The position numbers and the translations under genes were made by a program. From assembly GCA_008369845.1 (NCBI GenBank), contig MRSU01000017.1, positions 1-39,902 of the forward strand: DNA of 39,902 bases. Direction: 5' to 3'. This stretch comes from Trichomonas gallinae (taxonomy: Eukaryota). The notes beneath the pieces are model-generated. The model saw only the letters and a list, made by a program, of their open reading frames with translations. It did no database searches and was not told the DNA's origin. Below are positions 29,241 to 38,732 of the stretch, one piece after another; the stretch's first letter is position 1; the number at the start of each line of letters is the position of its first letter.

Positions 29241-29667
29241 GACTTTTGCTGAATGATGTTTCCCTCGAAAATATAGTTAATGAGCGGCAGTAATTCTAAT
29301 TTAACATTATTTTGCTGAAGAAGAACATATACAAGGATGATATATAGTATTTACCTAACATAGACATAGAAGTCCAAATATGGACATTGAAAAACATTGA
29401 TTTTAAGATGATGATTTTCAATCTTAAACAATCTTCTCTAGTATCATCATTGGCTTCAATTTATGTATTATTCTACTACTTTATGGAGCATATTATATCA
29501 CTTTAATAATACAAATAATATTGTCAAGTCACATGGGACTTTTGCCTAATGATATTTCACTCGAGAAATATCAGATTGCTTCAGTACTTCTATTTTAGCA
29601 TTATGATGCTGAAGAAGAATATATGTATAAGGATAATATATAGTAGATACCAAACATAGAAATAGAA
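29241..29667 (+). repeat. 131-bp diverged direct repeat (296-bp period), probably a decayed ankyrin-repeat gene
   Basis: Copies at 29241-29371 and 29537-29667. Broken translations give SIL/HYDAEE and (L/I)PNI(D/E)IE. Confidence 0.75.
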
Positions 29668-29848
29668 TGAATGCATTATTATTGCTAAATCAAGAAAATT
29701 TTATTGCATCAAAAAAAAATAAAGATTGGTAGATGGTTATATGGTAAAAAGTGAAATTGTTAATGTATTGATTATGATTTTACCATTTAAAAAGGAGAAA
29801 ATAAAAGAAGTCAAAAATTATGACACTTTTTCTGGAAATTTAAAAAAA

Positions 29849-32800
29849 ATGTCAGTGAATTTTTTTACTTGGAAACAAGAATCATCAAAAGAAAAAGCAA
29901 CACAGAGCAATTCACTGACTTCTCTGTCAGGTGTTGAAGTAGAACAGAAAAAATCGAAATTTAAATATTCAACATTAAAATTATTCAGCTCAGATGCATC
30001 AATACGTGATATATTAGAGAATTTTAGGTTCCCACATCCAATATATTTAATTAGTTTCCTATCTCACAAATCAAGTTCAGTCGATCAAAAAGATATTAAT
30101 AATTTACTATCAGAATTTCAATTAGAACATACAAATATAGCAAAAACAGGCTACATCATTCATTCCTTCTGCGAAAAAATATATAATATTGATTTTAATG
30201 AAATTTATTCGATTTTAAAGAAAAACTTTAGCTATGATGAAGTCAAAAGTGAATGGAGAAAATTGTTTGACATTAGTGATGACGATGAAGATGCAGAAGA
30301 AGCAAAATTTGCATTAGAAGATTATTTGAAAAATGTTAAATACAATTTTCCAACAGAAAACATGGAATTAAATACATTAGATGATCTATTTACTATGCAT
30401 GTATTTGCATGTTGTCTTAATACACGTATTATTTTCATTCAAATTCCAAAATCTGAATTAATTTTTACACAACCAATTGGCAAGCAAAATTCGAAGTTTA
30501 CATGTTATATATTATGCAATAATGATAAAACATTTACATTTCTGCAGCCAATTTCTCAAAAAACACTATATTCATCATATTCCGAATATGTTGAGCCTTC
30601 GCCTTTAAAGAACTCAGGAACAATTGACTGTCCTCTCGAATATAATCAAACTGAAATTAAACGCGAAACAAAAGCTACAACAAAAAATATTCAGAATATT
30701 ATGGATTCGCAAGACTACATTTGTGTCTCAGTGTTTGGTGGATCATCCAAAAACTGGAACAGAATCAGAAATAGCAAAAAATTCATCGAAAAAATTAAAA
30801 AAGAAAATCAGCCAATTATCTTCGACAGACCGGCAGAAAATACAAAGCAGCAGGCCCAAAAGACACCAATATACCTTGATATTCTCTGCATCAAGTCCAT
30901 TTACGATTACATGTTTTTAAATCAAAATCGAATCTGTAATTTATGCGGAAAAGAAATTGAAGGAGGCCAAATAATGATCCCTAAAATATCAGAAGGTCGC
31001 CATCCAACAGCTATATCATTTTACTGCTACAGCTGTGCGTCAAAGCAAAAAATATCATTTTTCAAACACGCAATTGATTTTTTACCACAAATTTTCATCG
31101 AAAGCAGATTAAAAAAGACGAAATCATGCAGACCCGAAAGTGACATAAGAAAACTGTACGCTAGCATTTGTTCTACATATGATTCATTAAAATCTTTCGA
31201 TTCTTTGAATTTATCAGGCAGCATCAAGAAATACGACGAAATCTTCAACTTACTACGCGCGACTATGAAATATTCCAACGACAAATTCGTTCAATTCGCT
31301 GACAATTCGATTATATCTCATTTCACGAGCATATCAGAGATCAAAGCTATAACAGATATCGACGAAGAATTAATGAAGATTGTTCCTTTGTCGCCGTCCA
31401 TCGTTGAAAAGTATATAGAGGCGAATCCTTCAATCATTGAAAACACATTTTGCCCGTATTACCTCACGAAGTCGCCTGATTCGATCGCGCATGACTTCGA
31501 GCGCGAGCTGGACGCATTCGACAGTGACATTGTCGCGCAAGACTTGATGAAGCAAAACGAAGAAATCAAAAAATACGAAGTTTTGGAAAATTTCATGATA
31601 AAAAGATGGATAGAGTCGGAAAACAAAAAAGAATACGAGCTGCCGTCTGAAATACATAATCTTTATAGGATATTCTTGGAGGAAAGTCCGTTCTCAAGTA
31701 TCATATCGAAAGGAGAATTGTTGGATGTTTATTTTTCATCAGGAAATCTTATCTGCTTGGTGAAAGAAGACGAAGAAGGTGGATTTGCGGATGTCAACGT
31801 CTATATTGGCAATGCTGGAATTTTCGATGTATCTCAAGCAATTCCTATATATACATTGGAATCAATTAAATATCAAAAAGGAATTTTCATCGAAAAAAGC
31901 GATAATCAGCTCGTTTTGCTCATGTTAATCGAACGACCGAAGTCTGTATCCATGATTAAGCTTGTTTTCGATCATTCTGGCAACATTTATGAAAATTCAG
32001 AAAAAGATGGCAAAATTAAGGAAATTGCTGCACTTGATAGCGAGAATATTTATAAGATAGTCCAAACCGATGATGCAACCTACTCAATTATGAAAGATGA
32101 TGAAGATGAAGATATCGAAATTTATAATCTTGAAGAATTTATTGCAAATGGCAAACTTGTTGATCATAAATTCTTATCTAATGGTTCTGTGATCCTCTTC
32201 CAAGCACAAAACAGAGAAATATTGATTTTCAATGATGAAATTCAAGAAAGCAACTCAATAACACTAATAACAGACAAAAAGAACCAATCATCACCAAAAG
32301 AGAACTGTTTAATTCAGTTTTACAATGGTGTACACTTCATCATTACAAGCGATGGATCAAAATTTTTGCCGCAAAATGATTCGACGACTTTAAGCACGAT
32401 GCTCTATAATGCTTACAAGCAACTGTTCTGTATGTCATCAATGAGGAGTGCTGATGTCTCCCCGAAGAAGAAAATGCCGATGAAATTAGTTGTTTTCGTC
32501 TCTGATTCATTTTCTTCGAAGCTCAAGAACTTCATTCGAAAACTTTTTGACGTTGAAGTTTCAAATGAGAAAGGTTGTTGGATTTATCTGTCCGTCCGCG
32601 ACAACATCATGTATTACATTGTTGTTTTCGTTTCTGACAAATCTCTTCATAACCAAATTCTGTCTTCATCACTTGCTGACGTTTCTTCGCTTTGCATTTG
32701 TCTTGTTAACGGTTTTGATGCCATTCATGAAATGAATGATTTCAAAGACAATGTCAGCTTGATTCATTTCAATTCCCACGTTAAATCGGCTCAAATCAGT

Positions 32801-32998
32801 GGCAAAGACATCATCTATTGTGATGATATCAAAGACTGCAAGGAAATTTGTGGTGGAAAAGATTTAACATTCGAAGAAATCCTTCGAAAAGTCAAAACAG
32901 TTTTAACAACATATATGATGTTGATGACATATCCTGACATTCCATCATCAACTGTTTTGCATTACTGTCAACAAGCAAACAATGAAATCGAAATATAA
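29849..32998 (+). CDS. Large hypothetical protein (~1050 aa) with a CxxC...CxxC zinc-binding motif
   Basis: Long ORF containing CNLC...CYSC. ATG 29849 is preferred because the upstream extension is promoter-like A/T sequence. Confidence 0.8.
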   Translation: MSVNFFTWKQESSKEKATQSNSLTSLSGVEVEQKKSKFKYSTLKLFSSDASIRDILENFRFPHPIYLISFLSHKSSSVDQKDINNLLSEFQLEHTNIAKTGYIIHSFCEKIYNIDFNEIYSILKKNFSYDEVKSEWRKLFDISDDDEDAEEAKFALEDYLKNVKYNFPTENMELNTLDDLFTMHVFACCLNTRIIFIQIPKSELIFTQPIGKQNSKFTCYILCNNDKTFTFLQPISQKTLYSSYSEYVEPSPLKNSGTIDCPLEYNQTEIKRETKATTKNIQNIMDSQDYICVSVFGGSSKNWNRIRNSKKFIEKIKKENQPIIFDRPAENTKQQAQKTPIYLDILCIKSIYDYMFLNQNRICNLCGKEIEGGQIMIPKISEGRHPTAISFYCYSCASKQKISFFKHAIDFLPQIFIESRLKKTKSCRPESDIRKLYASICSTYDSLKSFDSLNLSGSIKKYDEIFNLLRATMKYSNDKFVQFADNSIISHFTSISEIKAITDIDEELMKIVPLSPSIVEKYIEANPSIIENTFCPYYLTKSPDSIAHDFERELDAFDSDIVAQDLMKQNEEIKKYEVLENFMIKRWIESENKKEYELPSEIHNLYRIFLEESPFSSIISKGELLDVYFSSGNLICLVKEDEEGGFADVNVYIGNAGIFDVSQAIPIYTLESIKYQKGIFIEKSDNQLVLLMLIERPKSVSMIKLVFDHSGNIYENSEKDGKIKEIAALDSENIYKIVQTDDATYSIMKDDEDEDIEIYNLEEFIANGKLVDHKFLSNGSVILFQAQNREILIFNDEIQESNSITLITDKKNQSSPKENCLIQFYNGVHFIITSDGSKFLPQNDSTTLSTMLYNAYKQLFCMSSMRSADVSPKKKMPMKLVVFVSDSFSSKLKNFIRKLFDVEVSNEKGCWIYLSVRDNIMYYIVVFVSDKSLHNQILSSSLADVSSLCICLVNGFDAIHEMNDFKDNVSLIHFNSHVKSAQISGKDIIYCDDIKDCKEICGGKDLTFEEILRKVKTVLTTYMMLMTYPDIPSSTVLHYCQQANNEIEI

Positions 32999-33044
32999 CA
33001 TCTTGAAATCTTATGTTTTTTAAAAATCAAATGGATAAAAAGTA

Positions 33045-33190
33045 TTAATTATTGCTTCATAAAATGCGATAATTTATAGTGAGAAAGCTTTAATTATTGC
33101 TTCATGATAAAAAAAAATTTTAACAAATTATTGTTGTTCATGGAAAGACAATAATATTATTATAGTGAGAAAGCTTTAATTATTGCTTCA
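33045..33190 (+). repeat. 31-bp perfect direct repeat plus a partial copy, likely an ankyrin relic
   Basis: TTATAGTGAGAAAGCTTTAATTATTGCTTCA at 33074-33104 and 33160-33190, partial at 33045-33059. It encodes SEKALIIAS. Confidence 0.8.
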
Positions 33191-33265
33191 AGTTTTTATC
33201 ATTCCATACATGTGATAAATAAAGCAGAATTAAAAAATATTCATGGTTTAATACAAACATTAATA

Positions 33266-34663
33266 TTATATATGAATTGGTGACCTGATGTTGTTCCCGT
33301 TTGGATTTTGGATAGGTAGTAGTGTTGGTTCGATTAAATTCCATTGAAAGTATGAAAAATCGCGATTACTAATTCTTTCCAAGTTAAATATGATTGGATC
33401 ATTGACAGAAACTTTAACTGGTGTAATTAATGGAATGAAATTGAAAGTTGATAAGATACAATATCCATCTGGTTTAATGAATGTTATTTTGAGCATAAAA
33501 CCATGCAATATTGCATTGCTCTTTGATACATATTGTGGTTTGATGAGGAAATTCTTCATATTCTTTTCTTTCGAAATTTCAAAAATAATTTGTGGATCAG
33601 AAATCATTATTGCGTAATTTGGATCAACTGTGGGAATGCAAGACATGTCATATATGCTGTTGCAATGTATCCAAAAGAATGAAGATGTTACTGGGACGCA
33701 TTCAACAACCATTTTTGAAGGAATGACAATAGACTGTTCATATTGATAAAACATATCAGTAAATGGACCAAAAGCATTAAAGCAATCAATAAAAACATAA
33801 TCTGCTGATGAAGATATTGAAATATTTCCAATTAATGAATATTTTCGTTTGATTCTTTCGCATACTAGTTTATTACTTGAATAGATGGAAATCTCTTTAA
33901 TTTCGGCTTCAATGGCGACTTCTGTGATTTCATCTAAATGAATTCCAACAATTTTGAGATTTTTCTGTCCTTGTTCGGCAATTTGTCTAAATGTGTCTAA
34001 AACAATATCTTTCGAAGGTAAAATGTCTAATTGCGCTTGAATTGGCAATAAAAATACTTCATGAGTGATTTGTGATGAAAAATTAGCTAAAAACATATCA
34101 ATTCTGCTAATATTCGACATAAATATGAATGTTATTTCTCTTGCGAAGAGCAATTTCATAAAATTAATCCAATTTGGATTGATTTGGCCAATTTCGTCGT
34201 ATTGATCACTCTTTAATATAACATGACTGATATATGTGGTTATCCAAAAGTAGTTGTCGTTTAATTCGTTTGATAACACTGCACAACAAGAAATTCTTGA
34301 ATTATTTTCGCAGAGTTCGTGTAATCGAAGCCATAATGAAGGATTTTCGCATATAGCAATGAATTGTAGGTCCTTGTAATCATTAATAGCTTTTAAAATG
34401 AAATTTGCAATTTGGATTAAATGATTAGACTCTATTTGAATAATTAGTCTCTTGATGGATAAAAATTGGCATATATTGAGATATTCTGGATCTAAAATAT
34501 TGCAATCTACAATTAATCGTGAAGAATTGAAATTTTGGTCTGAAAAAAGCGAATTTGAAATATCATTCATCAATGACTGTATTGGTATGACTATACTGTC
34601 TGATATAATGCTATTTTTGTCCGTAATACTCTCGGCGCTTGGATAAATAATTGAAGTTTTCAT
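33266..34663 (-). CDS. Divergent PRMT5-like protein lacking the SAM-binding motif
   Basis: C-terminus LHGF...FIPLITPVKV...IIFNLERISN...YFQW...P...PIQNPNG resembles the PRMT5 beta-barrel end. No GAGRGP motif. ATG 34663 is preferred over 34756, which lies in the motif array. Confidence 0.7.
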   Translation of the reverse strand: MKTSIIYPSAESITDKNSIISDSIVIPIQSLMNDISNSLFSDQNFNSSRLIVDCNILDPEYLNICQFLSIKRLIIQIESNHLIQIANFILKAINDYKDLQFIAICENPSLWLRLHELCENNSRISCCAVLSNELNDNYFWITTYISHVILKSDQYDEIGQINPNWINFMKLLFAREITFIFMSNISRIDMFLANFSSQITHEVFLLPIQAQLDILPSKDIVLDTFRQIAEQGQKNLKIVGIHLDEITEVAIEAEIKEISIYSSNKLVCERIKRKYSLIGNISISSSADYVFIDCFNAFGPFTDMFYQYEQSIVIPSKMVVECVPVTSSFFWIHCNSIYDMSCIPTVDPNYAIMISDPQIIFEISKEKNMKNFLIKPQYVSKSNAILHGFMLKITFIKPDGYCILSTFNFIPLITPVKVSVNDPIIFNLERISNRDFSYFQWNLIEPTLLPIQNPNGNNIRSPIHI

Positions 34664-34977
34664 CTGATGAAATTCTGTTATGTAAAGTTGATTATGTCGT
34701 GTAAAATAAACATTTGTCGTGTAAAATAAAACATTTTGTCTATGAAAAAATGACATATAAAGAATTGTTATGGCATGTAAAAGTGATTTTTGTCATGTAA
34801 ATTTTAGAGATTGAAAATTCTCCTATTCATTAGATTAATCATAGATATTCATTAAAGAGTTTATTGGGGAAACTCTAAACAGAAATATACTAAGCTGTAA
34901 CTTGCCTTTGAATTAGGTCTAAAATATACAACAACAAGACAGTCTTTTTACTCTATAAACATCACAAAAAAAAATCT

Positions 34978-35806
34978 CTATTCAGGATTCAAAGGTTTCA
35001 ATGAATCAAGTGGTTTGTCATCCATGACATCATTATCTTCATTTCCGGCAACAAGAGGATCCTCTGAGCCTTCAATAAGGCTTGCTGCGTTTTGCATTGT
35101 CGCAATATCATATCTAGGCTTTGATAAAGCTGCATATGCGAAAACTGCCATCGAAAACAATCCTATAAACACAGGAACGAATCCAGAGTAGCCAATATGT
35201 GGAACGTTTCCATTTGGCTCGAACTTTATATTTTCTTCTTCCTGAGGCTCATCTTCTGGCTCTGTATCAACTTTAGGTGCTTTTCGCTTCTTTGGTTCTT
35301 CTTCTTTCTTTGTTTCTGATTTTTTCTTTTTTGTTTTCTTTTTTGGTTGCTCGATTTCTTTTTTATTTGGTGTTTCATCTTTATTTGATGCAATTGTATC
35401 TTTATCTATAGTGTCTAAGCGTCTTTTTGCTTTTGATTTTGTTGATTTTGATAATGTAGCAGTTGTAGTGGAATCATCTGATTTTTTAGTAGAAATATGC
35501 TTGTCTGCAGTAGAATCCGTGCTTTTATCGCTTGAATCAACAGATTTTATATTTTCATCATTTAAATCATCGTCATCCTCTATTTTAGATGTTTTACTGT
35601 TGAGCATTACTTCTTTTTGTATTAAATTATCATTGAAATTCGGATTTTGTTTGGAATGAAATATATTTGATTTTATAAGGAATGGAAATGAACATTTGTT
35701 CTTGTCATCACTGTCATCTGATGCATCCATGCTGCTCATCTCTCCGTGCTTTGTTATCATCACTGTCATCTGAACAACACATGAATGCAAGATACAAAAC
35801 GTTCAT
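34978..35806 (-). CDS. Low-complexity single-pass membrane protein; the 5' end is possibly frameshifted
   Basis: D/S/K/E-rich region, one TM (GFVPVFIGLFSMAVFAYAAL) and a short tail. A signal-peptide-like MNVLYLAFMCCS at ATG 35806 is out of frame with the main ORF. Confidence 0.65.
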
Positions 35807-35819
35807 CAAATAATAAAAA

Positions 35820-37154
35820 ATGAAGAAAAAATTTAGAAAACTTCGAAATTTTATTAGTAAATGGAAGCCAGCTCTGGCCATGATATTAATATTCTTCGTT
35901 CTCGCTTCCATAAGAATGTTCACGAAAGAAAATAACACTGAATCAATTAATGATTTAGATATATCTTTCAAACTTGAAGATATCGACTGCAATACTGATA
36001 TGTTCAAAAACATATCGCAGATACTTACTAATTTCTACAATGATTTCACCAAAAACTGCATTCACGGAGATTCATATCGAACATCAAACAAAGAATGCTT
36101 CAATACAACAGGAATGGGTTTACTAGCAGTAGAGTCAATGGAAACTTTACTGATTGCAGGCAAAATTAACGAATTTCAAAATATAGCAAATTTCGTATTT
36201 AAAAATTTAGATTGTTCACACTTCGAAAACGTAAATGTTAGGACTTTCTGGCAAAGATACATTGCTTCTTTCATTGGTGTTTATAAATTAACTGGTGAAC
36301 GTTTATATCTCAATCATGCAGCAAAATGCGCACATAGGTTAATTGATATTCTCGATAAATACAATTATCCGATGCCATTAGTTAATTTTGTTAATGGAAC
36401 AGCATCGAAACACAATTTTATGAAAAAAGGAGTAGAAATAAGTGATATCACAAGCGGTCTACCAGAATTAGTAGCATTACACCAAATCACAGGCGATAGT
36501 TTTTATGAATTTGCTATAATGAAAAAATTAAGTTTAATTCCAAGAAATTTCTCAGCAATGTTTTATGATGCCTTCGATTTAGATACATATGAAACAGAAT
36601 TGCGTCAGAGATTTATTGGTTATCGCTTCGTTGATCATTTGACAGATTTAATTCTCGCATATCAGCTGAAACAGTTCAATTTTATCAAGCTATATATAGA
36701 AGAAGCCAGTGAATACATAAAAGTCCATGATATTCATCTAGTTTTCCAATTAATGTACATTATCAACGTCGCAACGAGAAATGGCATCGAAATGGAATCT
36801 ACTAACATAAGTGACTGGAACTATTTCACCGAAGTATATTTCCCTCCATTTACATTCAATTATGATGTGCCACGAGACTTTGAAGTTAAATTAGCTTGTT
36901 TTGATTTCGACACGATTCCTCTGAAGATTCTACACTTCAGGAATGACTACTATGGCCATAATATTTCATATTATGTCTCAAAAATTGCTTCAGAGGATCC
37001 TAAAAACGGATGTCTTCAGCCAAACTTGAAATTGTTTTATAACAACATCACATCTAGCAATTTTCTCGGTCAGTGGATCAAAGAAGGACTCTTATTCGAA
37101 TCTGGTCTAAAATGCAAAATGAACAAAAGAAATCATATTCTTGATATAGAATAA
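35820..37154 (+). CDS. Divergent GH47 (alpha-1,2-mannosidase-like) type II membrane protein
   Basis: Basic N-tail plus TM, then HGD..., GLLAVESMETLLIAG, RYIASFIGVYKLTGERLYLNHA, PMPLVN and ELVALHQITGD follow the GH47 order. Confidence 0.75.
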   Translation: MKKKFRKLRNFISKWKPALAMILIFFVLASIRMFTKENNTESINDLDISFKLEDIDCNTDMFKNISQILTNFYNDFTKNCIHGDSYRTSNKECFNTTGMGLLAVESMETLLIAGKINEFQNIANFVFKNLDCSHFENVNVRTFWQRYIASFIGVYKLTGERLYLNHAAKCAHRLIDILDKYNYPMPLVNFVNGTASKHNFMKKGVEISDITSGLPELVALHQITGDSFYEFAIMKKLSLIPRNFSAMFYDAFDLDTYETELRQRFIGYRFVDHLTDLILAYQLKQFNFIKLYIEEASEYIKVHDIHLVFQLMYIINVATRNGIEMESTNISDWNYFTEVYFPPFTFNYDVPRDFEVKLACFDFDTIPLKILHFRNDYYGHNISYYVSKIASEDPKNGCLQPNLKLFYNNITSSNFLGQWIKEGLLFESGLKCKMNKRNHILDIE

Positions 37155-37811
37155 CACGAAATCGCATCAAAACAAAAATTTACATGTCAAAAATATTAAT
37201 TAACATATTCAAATCCATAATAAGGATTCTTTAAAATAGCACTTTGACTGAATGAATAGACTACATATGTCAGTCAGCTGCTTACATGACTTTAATGTTT
37301 AGGATCTGCTTGCTTTATTCTAGAAATTTCGAAAAGTTTTGATTACATTTACATGTCAAAATAATTACATGACAAAATAGAATGAAAACAATTTAAAACA
37401 CCAACAAATATCGGATTAACGTTAAATATCAATGAGTTCCTAGCACCACTATATATTTGATATGAAATATCAACAAAAATTATGAAAAAATAATTTACAT
37501 GTCAAAATAATTGCTTACATTGGCAAATTGAAAAAATACTATTCGAGTGATTTTCACATTAAATAGTAGACTAAATTCGAAGAAAAATCCTCCATTATTT
37601 ATGATATCGTGGTATATATCTATGGGCTGATCACCAAGCCGATATGTTTAGAATTTGTTGGTCTTATTTTTCGAAATAAAATTTGTTTGTTAGTTGAGGA
37701 AGTCCTCGTGCATATTATTTCATAATACATTGATAGGAATATAATCAATAAATAATTTACCTTAAAAAAACTATCGACAAGAATTTCATTAATAATTCTA
37801 AAACAAATGAA

Positions 37812-38732
37812 TCAGCAGTTCTCTCTCTTAGCATCTTCAAGTTTCTTTCTAATGTTCTCGACAATCTTCCTCTGCTGGGCAACTTCGTTGTCCATTGTGA
37901 ATGAAAGCTTGTCTGCGGACCTTGTCCACCTCTCCTTGAAGCCGGCGATATCCTTACCCTGGTTCTGGAGGAGTTGCTGGCGCTGTCTCTGCTGTGTACG
38001 GAGGAAAATTCTCTTTTTCTCGAGCTCTTCTTCCTTTTCCATGCGATTGCCTTCCTTGTGTAAGACTGTAGCTTCATCGTAACGCTTAGTCAAAACGAGG
38101 TGGCGCTCGCGCTCTCTGAGATCTAAAAGTGCTGGAGAAGGCTTCAAGTAGCATGATGGAAGCTGATCGATGGGGCATGCATCGTTGTCGTTAAGTCTTG
38201 TAAGCTGAAAACGCTCAAGTCTGCGAGCGGAATTAGATTGAATTCTATTGAAGTCTGTTACTTTCTGGTTCCAGAGTTCTATAGTCTTTTTAAGAGAATT
38301 CTCAGCTTGTTGAAGTGAAATTTCGAGTGCTTTGATTTCTTGTGCCTTCATTATTTGCTTTTTACGTTGAATAACGAGAGAATTGATTTTTCCAATCATA
38401 TCTTCGATCTGCTGGGAAAGGTGATAGTCACCAGCTAGTGTTGCTTGGCGTTTTCTTTCTTTAAGTGTGACGATAACAGAATTTACATTCTCAAGTGGGA
38501 TCGATGTGAGTGGAGCACCCTTAAGTATATCATCAACTCTTGAATCAGCTGAGATATGTTCGCCGCGAGTAAGTGTCTTGTATTCCATGGCTGGATTTTG
38601 AGGAGCTGGTCTATTTGGTTTTGGAAAAGTTCCTCTGACTGTGTGTGGGTTGTAGAGTGCCCTGCTATGGATTGTAGAAGTGCTCATGGGAACTTCTACC
38701 CTCGGCCTAAGCAGATTTGGAAACTGTGTCAT
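37812..38732 (-). CDS. Coiled-coil hypothetical protein
   Basis: Helical Q/K/E/R-rich ORF with KPSPALLDLRERERHL...YDEA. The first ATG is at 38732; the track start is TTG. Confidence 0.82.
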   Translation of the reverse strand: MTQFPNLLRPRVEVPMSTSTIHSRALYNPHTVRGTFPKPNRPAPQNPAMEYKTLTRGEHISADSRVDDILKGAPLTSIPLENVNSVIVTLKERKRQATLAGDYHLSQQIEDMIGKINSLVIQRKKQIMKAQEIKALEISLQQAENSLKKTIELWNQKVTDFNRIQSNSARRLERFQLTRLNDNDACPIDQLPSCYLKPSPALLDLRERERHLVLTKRYDEATVLHKEGNRMEKEEELEKKRIFLRTQQRQRQQLLQNQGKDIAGFKERWTRSADKLSFTMDNEVAQQRKIVENIRKKLEDAKRENC

